Assembly: GCF_009914755.1 (NCBI RefSeq)
Contig: NC_060948.1
Origin: the human T2T-CHM13v2.0 reference genome, Homo sapiens
Reading direction: 5' to 3' (one strand)
Length of the DNA stretch: 64,000 nucleotides
Made by a program: the position numbers and the translations under genes
Shown: positions 52,782 through 64,000 of the stretch, piece after piece
Numbering within the stretch: position 1 is the stretch's first letter
Layout: every line of letters begins with the position of its first letter
Notes under the pieces: generated by a model
Databases searched by the model: none
The model's input: the letters and a program-made list of their open reading frames with translations, nothing else
Told to the model about the DNA's origin: nothing

Positions 52782-55700
52782 GGCCTGGAATAAAGTGGAA
52801 TGCTACGGTCTCGAATGGAATAAAAATGTATGGAATGGAATGCAATGCAACGGAATCGAATGTCATAGAATGTAATGGAATGCAAAAAAATGGAATCCAA
52901 AATCATTGACTGGAAAGGCTGGGTGTCGAAAGGAATTGACTCCAATGGAATGGAATCGAATGGAATGGAAGTGAATAGAATCGAACTAAATCGAATGGAA
53001 TGGAATTGATAGGAACGGAATGGAAAGGAATGCAATGATTTGGCATGGAATGGAATCGAATGGCATCGAATGGAATGGAATGGAATGCAATGGAATGGAA
53101 TGTATTAGAATGTAATGAACTTTAATGGAATGTACTCGAATGGATTCGACTGGAATGGAATGTTCTGGAAGTGAATGGACTCCAATGGAATGGATTCCAA
53201 AGGAATGGAATCGTACGGAATGGAATCTAATGGAATGGAATTAAATGGAAATGAATCAAATTGAATAGCACGGAATTGAATTGAATGGAATGGAATGCAA
53301 TGGAATCTAATGAAACGGAAAGGAAAGGAATGGAATGGAATGGAATGGGCTGGAATGGAAAGGAATCGAAACGAATGGAATGGAATCGAACTGAAGAGAC
53401 TGGAATGGAATGCACTGGAATGGAAGGGAGTGTAATGGAAGGTTCTCGAAAAAAATTGAATCGAATGGAATGGAATTGAATGGAACGGAAGAGAGTCGAA
53501 TGGAATTGAATGGAATGGAATGGACTAGAGTGAAATGGAATCGAACCACAAGGAATGGACAGGAATAGAATGGTCTCGAATTGAATGGAATCGTATGGAA
53601 TGGCATCAAACGGAATGGAATGGACAGCCACGGAATGGAATGCACTCGAATGCAATGGAGTCGAAACTAATGGACTGGAATAGAATGGACTCGACTGGTA
53701 CAGACTCCAATGGAATGGAATCGAATGGAAGGGAATCGAACGGAATGGACTCGAAGGGAAAAGACTGCAATGGAAAGGTCTCGAATGGAATGGAAATTAA
53801 TGGAATGGAATGGAATCGAATGAAATGGAGTCAAAAGGAATGGAATCGAATGGCAAGAAATCGAATGTAATGGAATCGCAAGGAATTGATGTGAACGGAA
53901 CGGAATGGAATGGAATCCAAAGGAATGGAATAGAATGGAATGGAATCGAATGGAAAGGACTCGAATGGAAATCACTCGAATAGAATGCAATTTAATAAAA
54001 TAGGATCAAATGTAATGGAATGGAATGGAAAGGAATCGAAACGAAAGGAATGGAGACAGATGGAATGGAATGGAACAGAGAGCAATGGTATAGAATGGAA
54101 TGGAATCATCTGGAATGGAATTGAATGGAATGGAATAATATGAAATGGAATGGAATGGAATGGAATGGAATGCCCTTGAATTAAATGGACTGGAATGGAC
54201 TGGACTCGAACAGAGTGGAATGGAAAGTGTTGAGATAGAATGGAATGGACTCGTTTGGAATGGTCTAGTATGCAATGCAATCGACTGGTAGGGAATCAAA
54301 AGGAATGTAATCGAATGGATTGGACTGGAATGCAATGGACTCGAATAGATTGGAAACGGAATGCAAAGGAATGGAATGGAATAGTATGGAATGGAATGGA
54401 AAGGAATGGAGTGGAATAGACTAGAGTGGAATGGAATGGACTGGAAAGCAATGGACTGGAATGGAACTTTCTTGAATGGACTGGAATCAAACGGAATGGA
54501 ATGCAATGCAATCAAATGGCATGGAATAAAATAGAATGAAAGAGAATCAAATGGAATTGAATCGAATGGAATCGAATGGATTGGAAAGGAATAGAATGGA
54601 ATGGAATGGAATTGACTCAAATGGAATGGACTAGAATGGAATGGATTCGAATGGAAGGCAAAGGAATGGAATCTATTGGAATGGACTGTAATGGAATGGA
54701 ATGGAAGGGATTGGAATGGACTCGAATGGAATGGACTGCAATAGAAAGGATTCGAATGGAATGAAAAAGAATTGAATGGAATAGAACAGAATGGAATCAA
54801 ATCGAATGAAATGGAATGGAATAGAAAGGAATGGAATGAAATGGAATGGAAAGGATTCGAATGGAATGCAATCGAATGGAATGGAATCGAACGGAATGGA
54901 ATAAAATGGAAGAAAACTGGCAAGAAATGGAATCGAAATGAATGGAGTGTTATGGAACGGACTCAAAAGGAATTGAATGTAATAGAATGGAGTGGAGTGG
55001 ACTCGAATATAATGGACTGGAATGGAATGAAATCACATGGAATGGGAACGAATGGAATGGAATGGAAAGGAATGGAATCGAATGGAAAGGAATCGAATGG
55101 AAGGGAATGCAATTGAATCAACAGGAATGGAAGGGAATAGAATAGACGGTAATGGAATGGACTCGAATAGAATGGACACGAATGCTCAAATTGAATGGAC
55201 TCGAATGGAATGGAAACGAAAGGAATGTCATCGAATGGAATTGAATCGATTGGAATGAAATCGCATAGAATGGAGTGGAATCAAATGGAATTGAATCGAA
55301 AGGAAAGGAAGCGAATGGACTGAAATGAAATGGAATGGAATTGAATGGAAAGTAATGCAATGGAATAGAATGGAACGAAATTTCACGGAATGGAATCAAA
55401 CTGAATGGAATCAAATCAATGGAATCTAATCAAATGGAATGGAAAGGAATTGAATGGAGTAGATTGGATTGGATGGGATTGGAATGAAATGTACTGGAAA
55501 GGACTCGAATTTCATGAAACGGAATGGAATGAATTGGAACGGAATGGACTCGAATGGAATGGAATGTCATGGAATGGCATCAAATGGAATGGCATCAAAT
55601 GGAATGGAATCGAATGCAATGGAATGCTATGGAATGGAATGGAATGCATTGGAATGGAATGTCCTCTAATGGAATGGATTCGAGTGGAATGGAATCGAAT

Positions 55701-56345
55701 ATAATGGAGTCGAATGAAATGGAATTGAAAGGAATGGGATCGAATACAATGGAATATACTGGAATGTAATGTAATGAACTCGAATGTAATTGACTGGAAT
55801 GGAATGTACATGAATGGAATGTAATCGAATGGAAAGTAATCCAATGGAATAGAATCTAATGCAATAAAATCGACTCAGATAGAGTAGAATGTAATGGAAT
55901 GGAGTGCAGTGCAATGGAATGGAATGGAATGGAATGCAATGGAATGGAATGGAATGGAATGGAATGGAATGGAATGGAATGGAATGGGATGGGATGGGAT
56001 GGAATGGTATGGAATGGATAGTAATGGACTGGAGTGAAATGGACTGGAAAGGAATGGACTCAAATTGAAAGGGCTCGAAAGGAATGGAGTCAAATGGAAT
56101 GGTCTGGAATGGAATGAACACGAATGTAATGCAATCCAATAGAATGGAATCGAATGGCATGGAATATAAAGAAATGGAATCGAAGAGAATGGAAACAAAT
56201 GGAATGGAATTGAATGGAATGGGAACGAATGGAGTGAAATTGTATGCAGTAGAAGGGAATAGAATGGAATGCAAGCGAAAGGAAAGGAATGGATTGGAAT
56301 GGAATGGAATTCATTGGAATGGAAGGGAATGTAGTGTAATGGACA
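52782..56345 (+). repeat. DYZ1 unit, 3,564 bp (triplet copy 1)
   Basis: GGCC-to-GGCC interval; shares private variants with the next two units. Confidence 0.9.
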
Positions 56346-59300
56346 GGCCTGGAATAAAGTGGAATGCTACGGTCTCGAATGGAATAAAAATGTATGGAAT
56401 GGAATGCAATGAAACGTAATCGAATGTCATAGAATGTAATGGAATGCAAAAAAATGGAATCCAAAATCATTGACTGGAAAGGCTGGGTGTCGAAAGGAAT
56501 TGACTCCAATGGAATGGAATCGAATGGAATGGAAGTGAATAGAATCGAACTAAATCGAATGGAATGGAATTGATAGGAACGGAATGGAAAGGAATGCAAT
56601 GATTTGGCATGGAATGGAATCGAATGGCATCGAATGGAATGGAATGGAATGCAATGGAATGGAATGTATTAGAATGTAATGAACTTTAATGGAATGTACT
56701 CGAATGGATTCGACTGGAATGGAATGTTCTGGAAGTGAATGGACTCCAATGGAATGGATTCCAAAGGAATGGAATCGTACGGAATGGAATCTAATGGAAT
56801 GGAATTAAATGGAAATGAATCAAATTGAATAGCACGGAATTGAATTGAATGGAATGGAATGCAATGGAATCTAATGAAACGGAAAGGAAAGGAATGGAAT
56901 GGAATGGAATGGGCTGGAATGGAAAGGAATCGAAACGAATGGAATGGAATCGAACTGAAGAGACTGGAATGGAATGCACTGGAATGGAAGGGAGTGTAAT
57001 GGAAGGTTCTCGAAAAAAATTGAATCGAATGGAATGGAATTGAATGGAACGGAAGAGAGTCGAATGGAATTGAATGGAATGGAATGGACTAGAGTGAAAT
57101 GGAATCGAACCACAAGGAATGGACAGGAATAGAATGGTCTCGAATTGAATGGAATCGTATGGAATGGCATCAAACGGAATGGAATGGACAGCCACGGAAT
57201 GGAATGCACTCGAATGCAATGGAGTCGAAACTAATGGACTGGAATAGAATGGACTCGACTGGTACAGACTCCAATGGAATGGAATCGAATGGAAGGGAAT
57301 CGAACGGAATGGACTCGAAGGGAAAAGACTGCAATGGAAAGGTCTCGAATGGAATGGAAATTAATGGAATGGAATGGAATCGAATGAAATGGAGTCAAAA
57401 GGAATGGAATCGAATGGCAAGAAATCGAATGTAATGGAATCGCAAGGAATTGATGTGAACGGAACGGAATGGAATGGAATCCAAAGGAATGGAATAGAAT
57501 GGAATGGAATCGAATGGAAAGGACTCGAATGGAAATCACTCGAATAGAATGCAATTTAATAAAATAGGATCAAATGTAATGGAATGGAATGGAAAGGAAT
57601 CGAAACGAAAGGAATGGAGACAGATGGAATGGAATGGAACAGAGAGCAATGGTATAGAATGGAATGGAATCATCTGGAATGGAATTGAATGGAATGGAAT
57701 AATATGAAATGGAATGGAATGGAATGGAATGGAATGCCCTTGAATTAAATGGACTGGAATGGACTGGACTCGAACAGAGTGGAATGGAAAGTGTTGAGAT
57801 AGAATGGAATGGACTCGTTTGGAATGGTCTAGTATGCAATGCAATCGACTGGCAGGGAATCAAAAGGAATGTAATCGAATGGATTGGACTGGAATGCAAT
57901 GGACTCGAATAGATTGGAAACGGAATGCAAAGGAATGGAATGGAATAGTATGGAATGGAATGGAAAGGAATGGAGTGGAATAGACTAGAGTGGAATGGAA
58001 TGGACTGGAAAGCAATGGACTGGAATGGAACTTTCTTGAATGGACTGGAATCAAACGGAATGGAATGCAATGCAATCAAATGGCATGGAATAAAATAGAA
58101 TGAAAGAGAATCAAATGGAATTGAATCGAATGGAATCGAATGGATTGGAAAGGAATAGAATGGAATGGAATGGAATTGACTCAAATGGAATGGACTAGAA
58201 TGGAATGGATTCGAATGGAAGGCAAAGGAATGGAATCTATTGGAATGGACTGTAATGGAATGGAATGGAAGGGATTGGAATGGACTCGAATGGAATGGAC
58301 TGCAATAGAAAGGATTCGAATGGAATGAAAAAGAATTGAATGGAATAGAACAGAATGGAATCAAATCGAATGAAATGGAATGGAATAGAAAGGAATGGAA
58401 TGAAATGGAATGGAAAGGATTCGAATGGAATGCAATCGAATGGAATGGAATCGAACGGAATGGAATAAAATGGAAGAAAACTGGCAAGAAATGGAATCGA
58501 AATGAATGGAGTGTTATGGAACGGACTCAAAAGGAATTGAATGTAATAGAATGGAGTGGAGTGGACTCGAATATAATGGACTGGAATGGAATGAAATCAC
58601 ATGGAATGGGAACGAATGGAATGGAATGGAAAGGAATGGAATCGAATGGAAAGGAATCGAATGGAAGGGAATGCAATTGAATCAACAGGAATGGAAGGGA
58701 ATAGAATAGACGGTAATGGAATGGACTCGAATAGAATGGACACGAATGCTCAAATTGAATGGACTCGAATGGAATGGAAACGAAAGGAATGTCATCGAAT
58801 GGAATTGAATCGATTGGAATGAAATCGCATAGAATGGAGTGGAATCAAATGGAATTGAATCGAAAGGAAAGGAAGCGAATGGACTGAAATGAAATGGAAT
58901 GGAATTGAATGGAAAGTAATGCAATGGAATAGAATGGAACGAAATTTCACGGAATGGAATCAAACTGAATGGAATCAAATCAATGGAATCTAATCAAATG
59001 GAATGGAAAGGAATTGAATGGAGTAGATTGGATTGGATGGGATTGGAATGAAATGTACTGGAAAGGACTCGAATTTCATGAAACGGAATGGAATGAATTG
59101 GAACGGAATGGACTCGAATGGAATGGAATGTCATGGAATGGCATCAAATGGAATGGCATCAAATGGAATGGAATCGAATGCAATGGAATGCTATGGAATG
59201 GAATGGAATGCATTGGAATGGAATGTCCTCTAATGGAATGGATTCGAGTGGAATGGAATCGAATATAATGGAGTCGAATGAAATGGAATTGAAAGGAATG

Positions 59301-59924
59301 GGATCGAATACAATGGAATATACTGGAATGTAATGTAATGAACTCGAATGTAATTGACTGGAATGGAATGTACATGAATGGAATGTAATCGAATGGAAAG
59401 TAATCCAATGGAATAGAATCTAATGCAATAAAATCGACTCAGATAGAGTAGAATGTAATGGAATGGAGTGCAGTGCAATGGAATGGAATGGAATGGAATG
59501 CAATGGAATGGAATGGAATGGAATGAAATGGAATGGAATGGAATGGAATGGGATGGGATGGGATGGAATGGTATGGAATGGATAGTAATGGACTGGAGTG
59601 AAATGGACTGGAAAGGAATGGACTCAAATTGAAAGGGCTCGAAAGGAATGGAGTCAAATGGAATGGTCTGGAATGGAATGAACACGAATGTAATGCAATC
59701 CAATAGAATGGAATCGAATGGCATGGAATATAAAGAAATGGAATCGAAGAGAATGGAAACAAATGGAATGGAATTGAATGGAATGGAATTGAATGGAATG
59801 GGAACGAATGGAGTGAAATTGTATGCAGTAGAAGGGAATAGAATGGAATGCAAGCGAAAGGAAAGGAATGGATTGGAATGGAATGGAATTCATTGGAATG
59901 GAAGGGAATGTAGTGTAATGGACA
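56346..59924 (+). repeat. DYZ1 unit, 3,579 bp (triplet copy 2)
   Basis: GGCC-to-GGCC interval. Confidence 0.9.
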
Positions 59925-62900
59925 GGCCTGGAATAAAGTGGAATGCTACGGTCTCGAATGGAATAAAAATGTATGGAATGGAATGCAATGCAACGGAATC
60001 GAATGTCATAGAATGTAATGGAATGCAAAAAAATGGAATCCAAAATCATTGACTGGAAAGGCTGGGTGTCGAAAGGAATTGACTCCAATGGAATGGAATC
60101 GAATGGAATGGAAGTGAATAGAATCGAACTAAATCGAATGGAATGGAATTGATAGGAACGGAATGGAAAGGAATGCAATGATTTGGCATGGAATGGAATC
60201 GAATGGCATCGAATGGAATGGAATGGAATGCAATGGAATGGAATGTATTAGAATGTAATGAACTTTAATGGAATGTACTCGAATGGATTCGACTGGAATG
60301 GAATGTTCTGGAAGTGAATGGACTCCAATGGAATGGATTCAAAAGGAATGGAATCGTACGGAATGGAATCTAATGGAATGGAATTAAATGGAAATGAATC
60401 AAATTGAATAGCACGGAATTGAATTGAATGGAATGGAATGCAATGGAATCTAATGAAACGGAAAGGAAAGGAATGGAATGGAATGGAATGGGCTGGAATG
60501 GAAAGGAATCGAAACGAATGGAATGGAATCGAACTGAAGAGACTGGAATGGAATGCACTGGAATGGAAGGGAGTGTAATGGAAGGTTCTCGAAAAAAATT
60601 GAATCGAATGGAATGGAATTGAATGGAACGGAAGAGAGTCGAATGGAATTGAATGGAATGGAATGGACTAGAGTGAAATGGAATCGAACCACAAGGAATG
60701 GACAGGAATAGAATGGTCTCGAATTGAATGGAATCGTATGGAATGGCATCAAACGGAATGGAATGGACAGCCACGGAATGGAATGCACTCGAATGCAATG
60801 GAGTCGAAACTAATGGACTGGAATAGAATGGACTCGACTGGTACAGACTCCAATGGAATGGAATCGAATGGAAGGGAATCGAACGGAATGGACTCGAAGG
60901 GAAAAGACTGCAATGGAAAGGTCTCGAATGGAATGGAAATTAATGGAATGGAATGGAATCGAATGAAATGGAGTCAAAAGGAATGGAATCGAATGGCAAG
61001 AAATCGAATGTAATGGAATCGCAAGGAATTGATGTGAACGGAACGGAATGGAATGGAATCCAAAGGAATGGAATAGAATGGAATGGAATCGAATGGAAAG
61101 GACTCGAATGGAAATCACTCGAATAGAATGCAATTTAATAAAATAGGATCAAATGTAATGGAATGGAATGGAAAGGAATCGAAACGAAAGGAATGGAGAC
61201 AGATGGAATGGAATGGAACAGAGAGCAATGGTATAGAATGGAATGGAATCATCTGGAATGGAATTGAATGGAATGGAATAATATGAAATGGAATGGAATG
61301 GAATGGAATGGAATGCCCTTGAATTAAATGGACTGGAATGGACTGGACTCGAACAGAGTGGAATGGAAAGTGTTGAGATAGAATGGAATGGACTCGTTTG
61401 GAATGGTCTAGTATGCAATGCAATCGACTGGCAGGGAATCAAAAGGAATGTAATCGAATGGATTGGACTGGAATGCAATGGACTCGAATAGATTGGAAAC
61501 GGAATGCAAAGGAATGGAATGGAATAGTATGGAATGGAATGGAAAGGAATGGAGTGGAATAGACTAGAGTGGAATGGAATGGACTGGAAAGCAATGGACT
61601 GGAATGGAACTTTCTTGAATGGACTGGAATCAAACGGAATGGAATGCAATGCAATCAAATGGCATGGAATAAAATAGAATGAAAGAGAATCAAATGGAAT
61701 TGAATCGAATGGAATCGAATGGATTGGAAAGGAATAGAATGGAATGGAATGGAATTGACTCAAATGGAATGGACTAGAATGGAATGGATTCGAATGGAAG
61801 GCAAAGGAATGGAATCTATTGGAATGGACTGTAATGGAATGGAATGGAAGGGATTGGAATGGACTCGAATGGAATGGACTGCAATAGAAAGGATTCGAAT
61901 GGAATGAAAAAGAATTGAATGGAATAGAACAGAATGGAATCAAATCGAATGAAATGGAATGGAATAGAAAGGAATGGAATGAAATGGAATGGAAAGGATT
62001 CGAATGGAATGCAATCGAATGGAATGGAATCGAACGGAATGGAATAAAATGGAAGAAAACTGGCAAGAAATGGAATCGAAATGAATGGAGTGTTATGGAA
62101 CGGACTCAAAAGGAATTGAATGTAATAGAATGGAGTGGAGTGGACTCGAATATAATGGACTGGAATGGAATGAAATCACATGGAATGGGAACGAATGGAA
62201 TGGAATGGAAAGGAATGGAATCGAATGGAAAGGAATCGAATGGAAGGGAATGAAATTGAATCAACAGGAATGGAAGGGAATAGAATAGACGGTAATGGAA
62301 TGGACTCGAATAGAATGGACACGAAGGCTCAAATTGAATGGACTCGAATGGAATGGAAACGAAAGGAATGTCATCGAATGGAATTGAATCGATTGGAATG
62401 AAATCGCATAGAATGGAGTGGAATCAAATGGAATTGAATCGAAAGGAAAGGAAGCGAATGGACTGAAATGAAATGGAATGGAATTGAATGGAAAGTAATG
62501 CAATGGAATAGAATGGAACGAAATTTCACGGAATGGAATCAAACTGAATGGAATCAAATCAATCGAATCAAATCAAATGGAATGGAAAGGAATTGAATGG
62601 AGTAGATTGGATTGGATGGGATTGGAATGAAATGTACTGGAAAGGACTCGAATTTCATGAAACGGAATGGAATGAATTGGAACGGAATGGACTCGAATGG
62701 AATGGAATGTCATGGAATGGCATCAAATGGAATGGCATCAAATGGAATGGAATCGAATGCAATGGAATGCTATGGAATGGAATGGAATGCATTGGAATGG
62801 AATGTCCTGTAATGGAATGGATTCGAGTGGAATGGAATCGAATATAATGGAGTCGAATGAAATGGAATTGAAAAGAATGGGACCGAATACAATGGAATAT

Positions 62901-63493
62901 ACTGGAATGTAATGTAATGAACTCGAATGTAATTGACTGGAATGGGATGTACATGAATGGAATGTAATCGAATGGAAAGTAATCCAATGGAATAGAATCT
63001 AATGCAATAAAATCGACTCAGATAGAGTAGAATGTAATGGAATGGAGTGCAGTGCAATGGAATGGAATGGAATGGAATGCAATGGAATGGAATGGAATGG
63101 AATGGAATGGAATGGAATAGAATGGGATGGGATGGAATGGTATGGAATGGATAGTAATGGACTGGAGTGAAATGGACTGGAAAGGAATGGACTCAAATTG
63201 AAAGGGCTCGAAAGGAATGGAGTCCAATGGAATGGTCTGGAATGGAATGAACACGAATGTAATGCAATCCAATAGAATGGAATCGAATGGCATGGAATAT
63301 AAAGAAATGGAATCGAAGAGAATGGAAACAAATGGAATGGAATTGAATGGAATGGAATTGAATGGAATGGGAACGAATGGAGTGAAATTGTATGCAGTAG
63401 AAGGGAATAGAATGGAATGCAAGCGAAAGGAAAGGAATGGATTGGAATGGAATGGAATTCATTGGAATGGAAGGGAATGTATTGTAATGGACA
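59925..63493 (+). repeat. DYZ1 unit, 3,569 bp (triplet copy 3, partly)
   Basis: GGCC-to-GGCC interval. Confidence 0.9.
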
Positions 63494-64000
63494 GGCCTGG
63501 AATAAAGTGGAATGCTACGGTCTCGAATGGAATAAAAATGTATGGAATGGAATGCAATGAAACGGAATCGAATGTCATAGAATGTAATGGAATGCAAAAA
63601 AATGGAATCCAAAATCATTGACTGGAAAGGCTGGGTGTCGAAAGGAATTGACTCTAATGGTATGGAATCGAATGGAATGGAAGTGAATAGAATCGAACTA
63701 AATCGAATGGAATGGAATTGATAGGAACGGAATGGAAAGGAATGCAATGATTTTGCATGGAATGGAATCGAATGGCATCGAATGGAATGGAATGGAATGC
63801 AATGGAATGGAATGTATTAGAATGTAATGAACTTTAATGGAATGTACTCGAATGGATTCGACTGGAATGGAATGTTCTGGAAGTGAATGGACTCCAATGG
63901 AATGGATTCAAAAGGAATGGAATCGTACGGAATGGAATCTAATGGAATGGAATTAAATGGAAATGAATCAAATTGAATAGCACGGAATTGAATTGAATGG
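63494..64000 (+). repeat. Partial DYZ1 unit (right edge)
   Basis: Same landmarks (GGCTGGGTGTCG, CGTACG at 63924) continue to the window end. Confidence 0.9.

Larger units (their letters stand above)
1..64000 (+). repeat. DYZ1: Human satellite III (HSat3) DYZ1 tandem array, Yq12-type heterochromatin; (GGAAT)n-derived ~3.55-kb units, ~18 copies, all head-to-tail
   Basis: Degenerate GGAAT pentamer throughout. Landmark GGACAGGCCT recurs with GGCC at 3106, 6648, 10200, 13742, 17294, 20867, 24400, 27918, 31457, 34992, 38541, 42095, 45659, 49223, 52782, 56346, 59925 and 63494 (spacing 3,518-3,579 bp; three intervals are 3,564 bp, the classical DYZ1 length). A conserved EcoRI site lies next to each HaeIII site, as in the male-specific ~3.4-kb HaeIII/EcoRI repeat. 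Confidence 0.96.

Noticed and set aside
72-63747. Hundreds of ORFs (MEWNG-rich on +, FHSIP-rich on -, up to 313 aa)
   Set aside because: These are translations of a 5-bp repeat. The pure pentamer has no stop codon on either strand, the ORFs overlap in all frames, they are freely frameshifted between units, and they show no domain-like content.
1-64000. A novel genetic system (CRISPR-like array, defence locus, mobile element)
   Set aside because: There are no unique spacers, enzyme genes, terminal repeats or non-satellite sequence; everything is explained by DYZ1 units.
1-64000. Alu/L1 insertion, DYZ2 (HSat1B) junction or strand inversion
   Set aside because: I looked for these and saw none. 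All GGCC-to-GGCC intervals are 3,518-3,579 bp and the + strand is GGAAT-oriented throughout.
1-64000. HSat2 or autosomal HSat3 (e.g. 9q12) identity
   Set aside because: CGAAT pentamers are common, but the HSat2 CATTCGATTC/ATGATG pattern and ~1.8-kb period are lacking. The ~3.56-kb unit with a single HaeIII site fits DYZ1.

Overview
The whole 64-kb window is one uninterrupted, single-orientation array of human classical satellite III (HSat3), with degenerate (GGAAT)n on the + strand and (CATTC)n on the - strand. It is organised into about 18 head-to-tail higher-order units of 3,518-3,579 bp, several exactly 3,564 bp. Each unit has one HaeIII/StuI site (AGGCCT) 39 bp downstream of an EcoRI site. 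This matches DYZ1, the major repeat of human Yq12 heterochromatin. I see no genes, RNA genes, transposon insertions, DYZ2/HSat1B blocks or inversions, and all listed ORFs are translation artefacts of the pentamer. I found no undescribed genetic system. The structure worth attention is internal: (i) a recent 7,094-bp dimer duplication, a divergent 3,518-bp pair and a triplet near the right end; (ii) a switch between unit sub-lineages at about 20.1 kb; (iii) recurrent 15-bp indels and two hypervariable pure-pentamer tracts; (iv) four fixed pentamer phase slips per unit; (v) three perfect heat-shock elements (nGAAnnTTCnnGAAn) per unit in a TEAD-motif (CATTCC)-rich background. All comparisons were made by eye.
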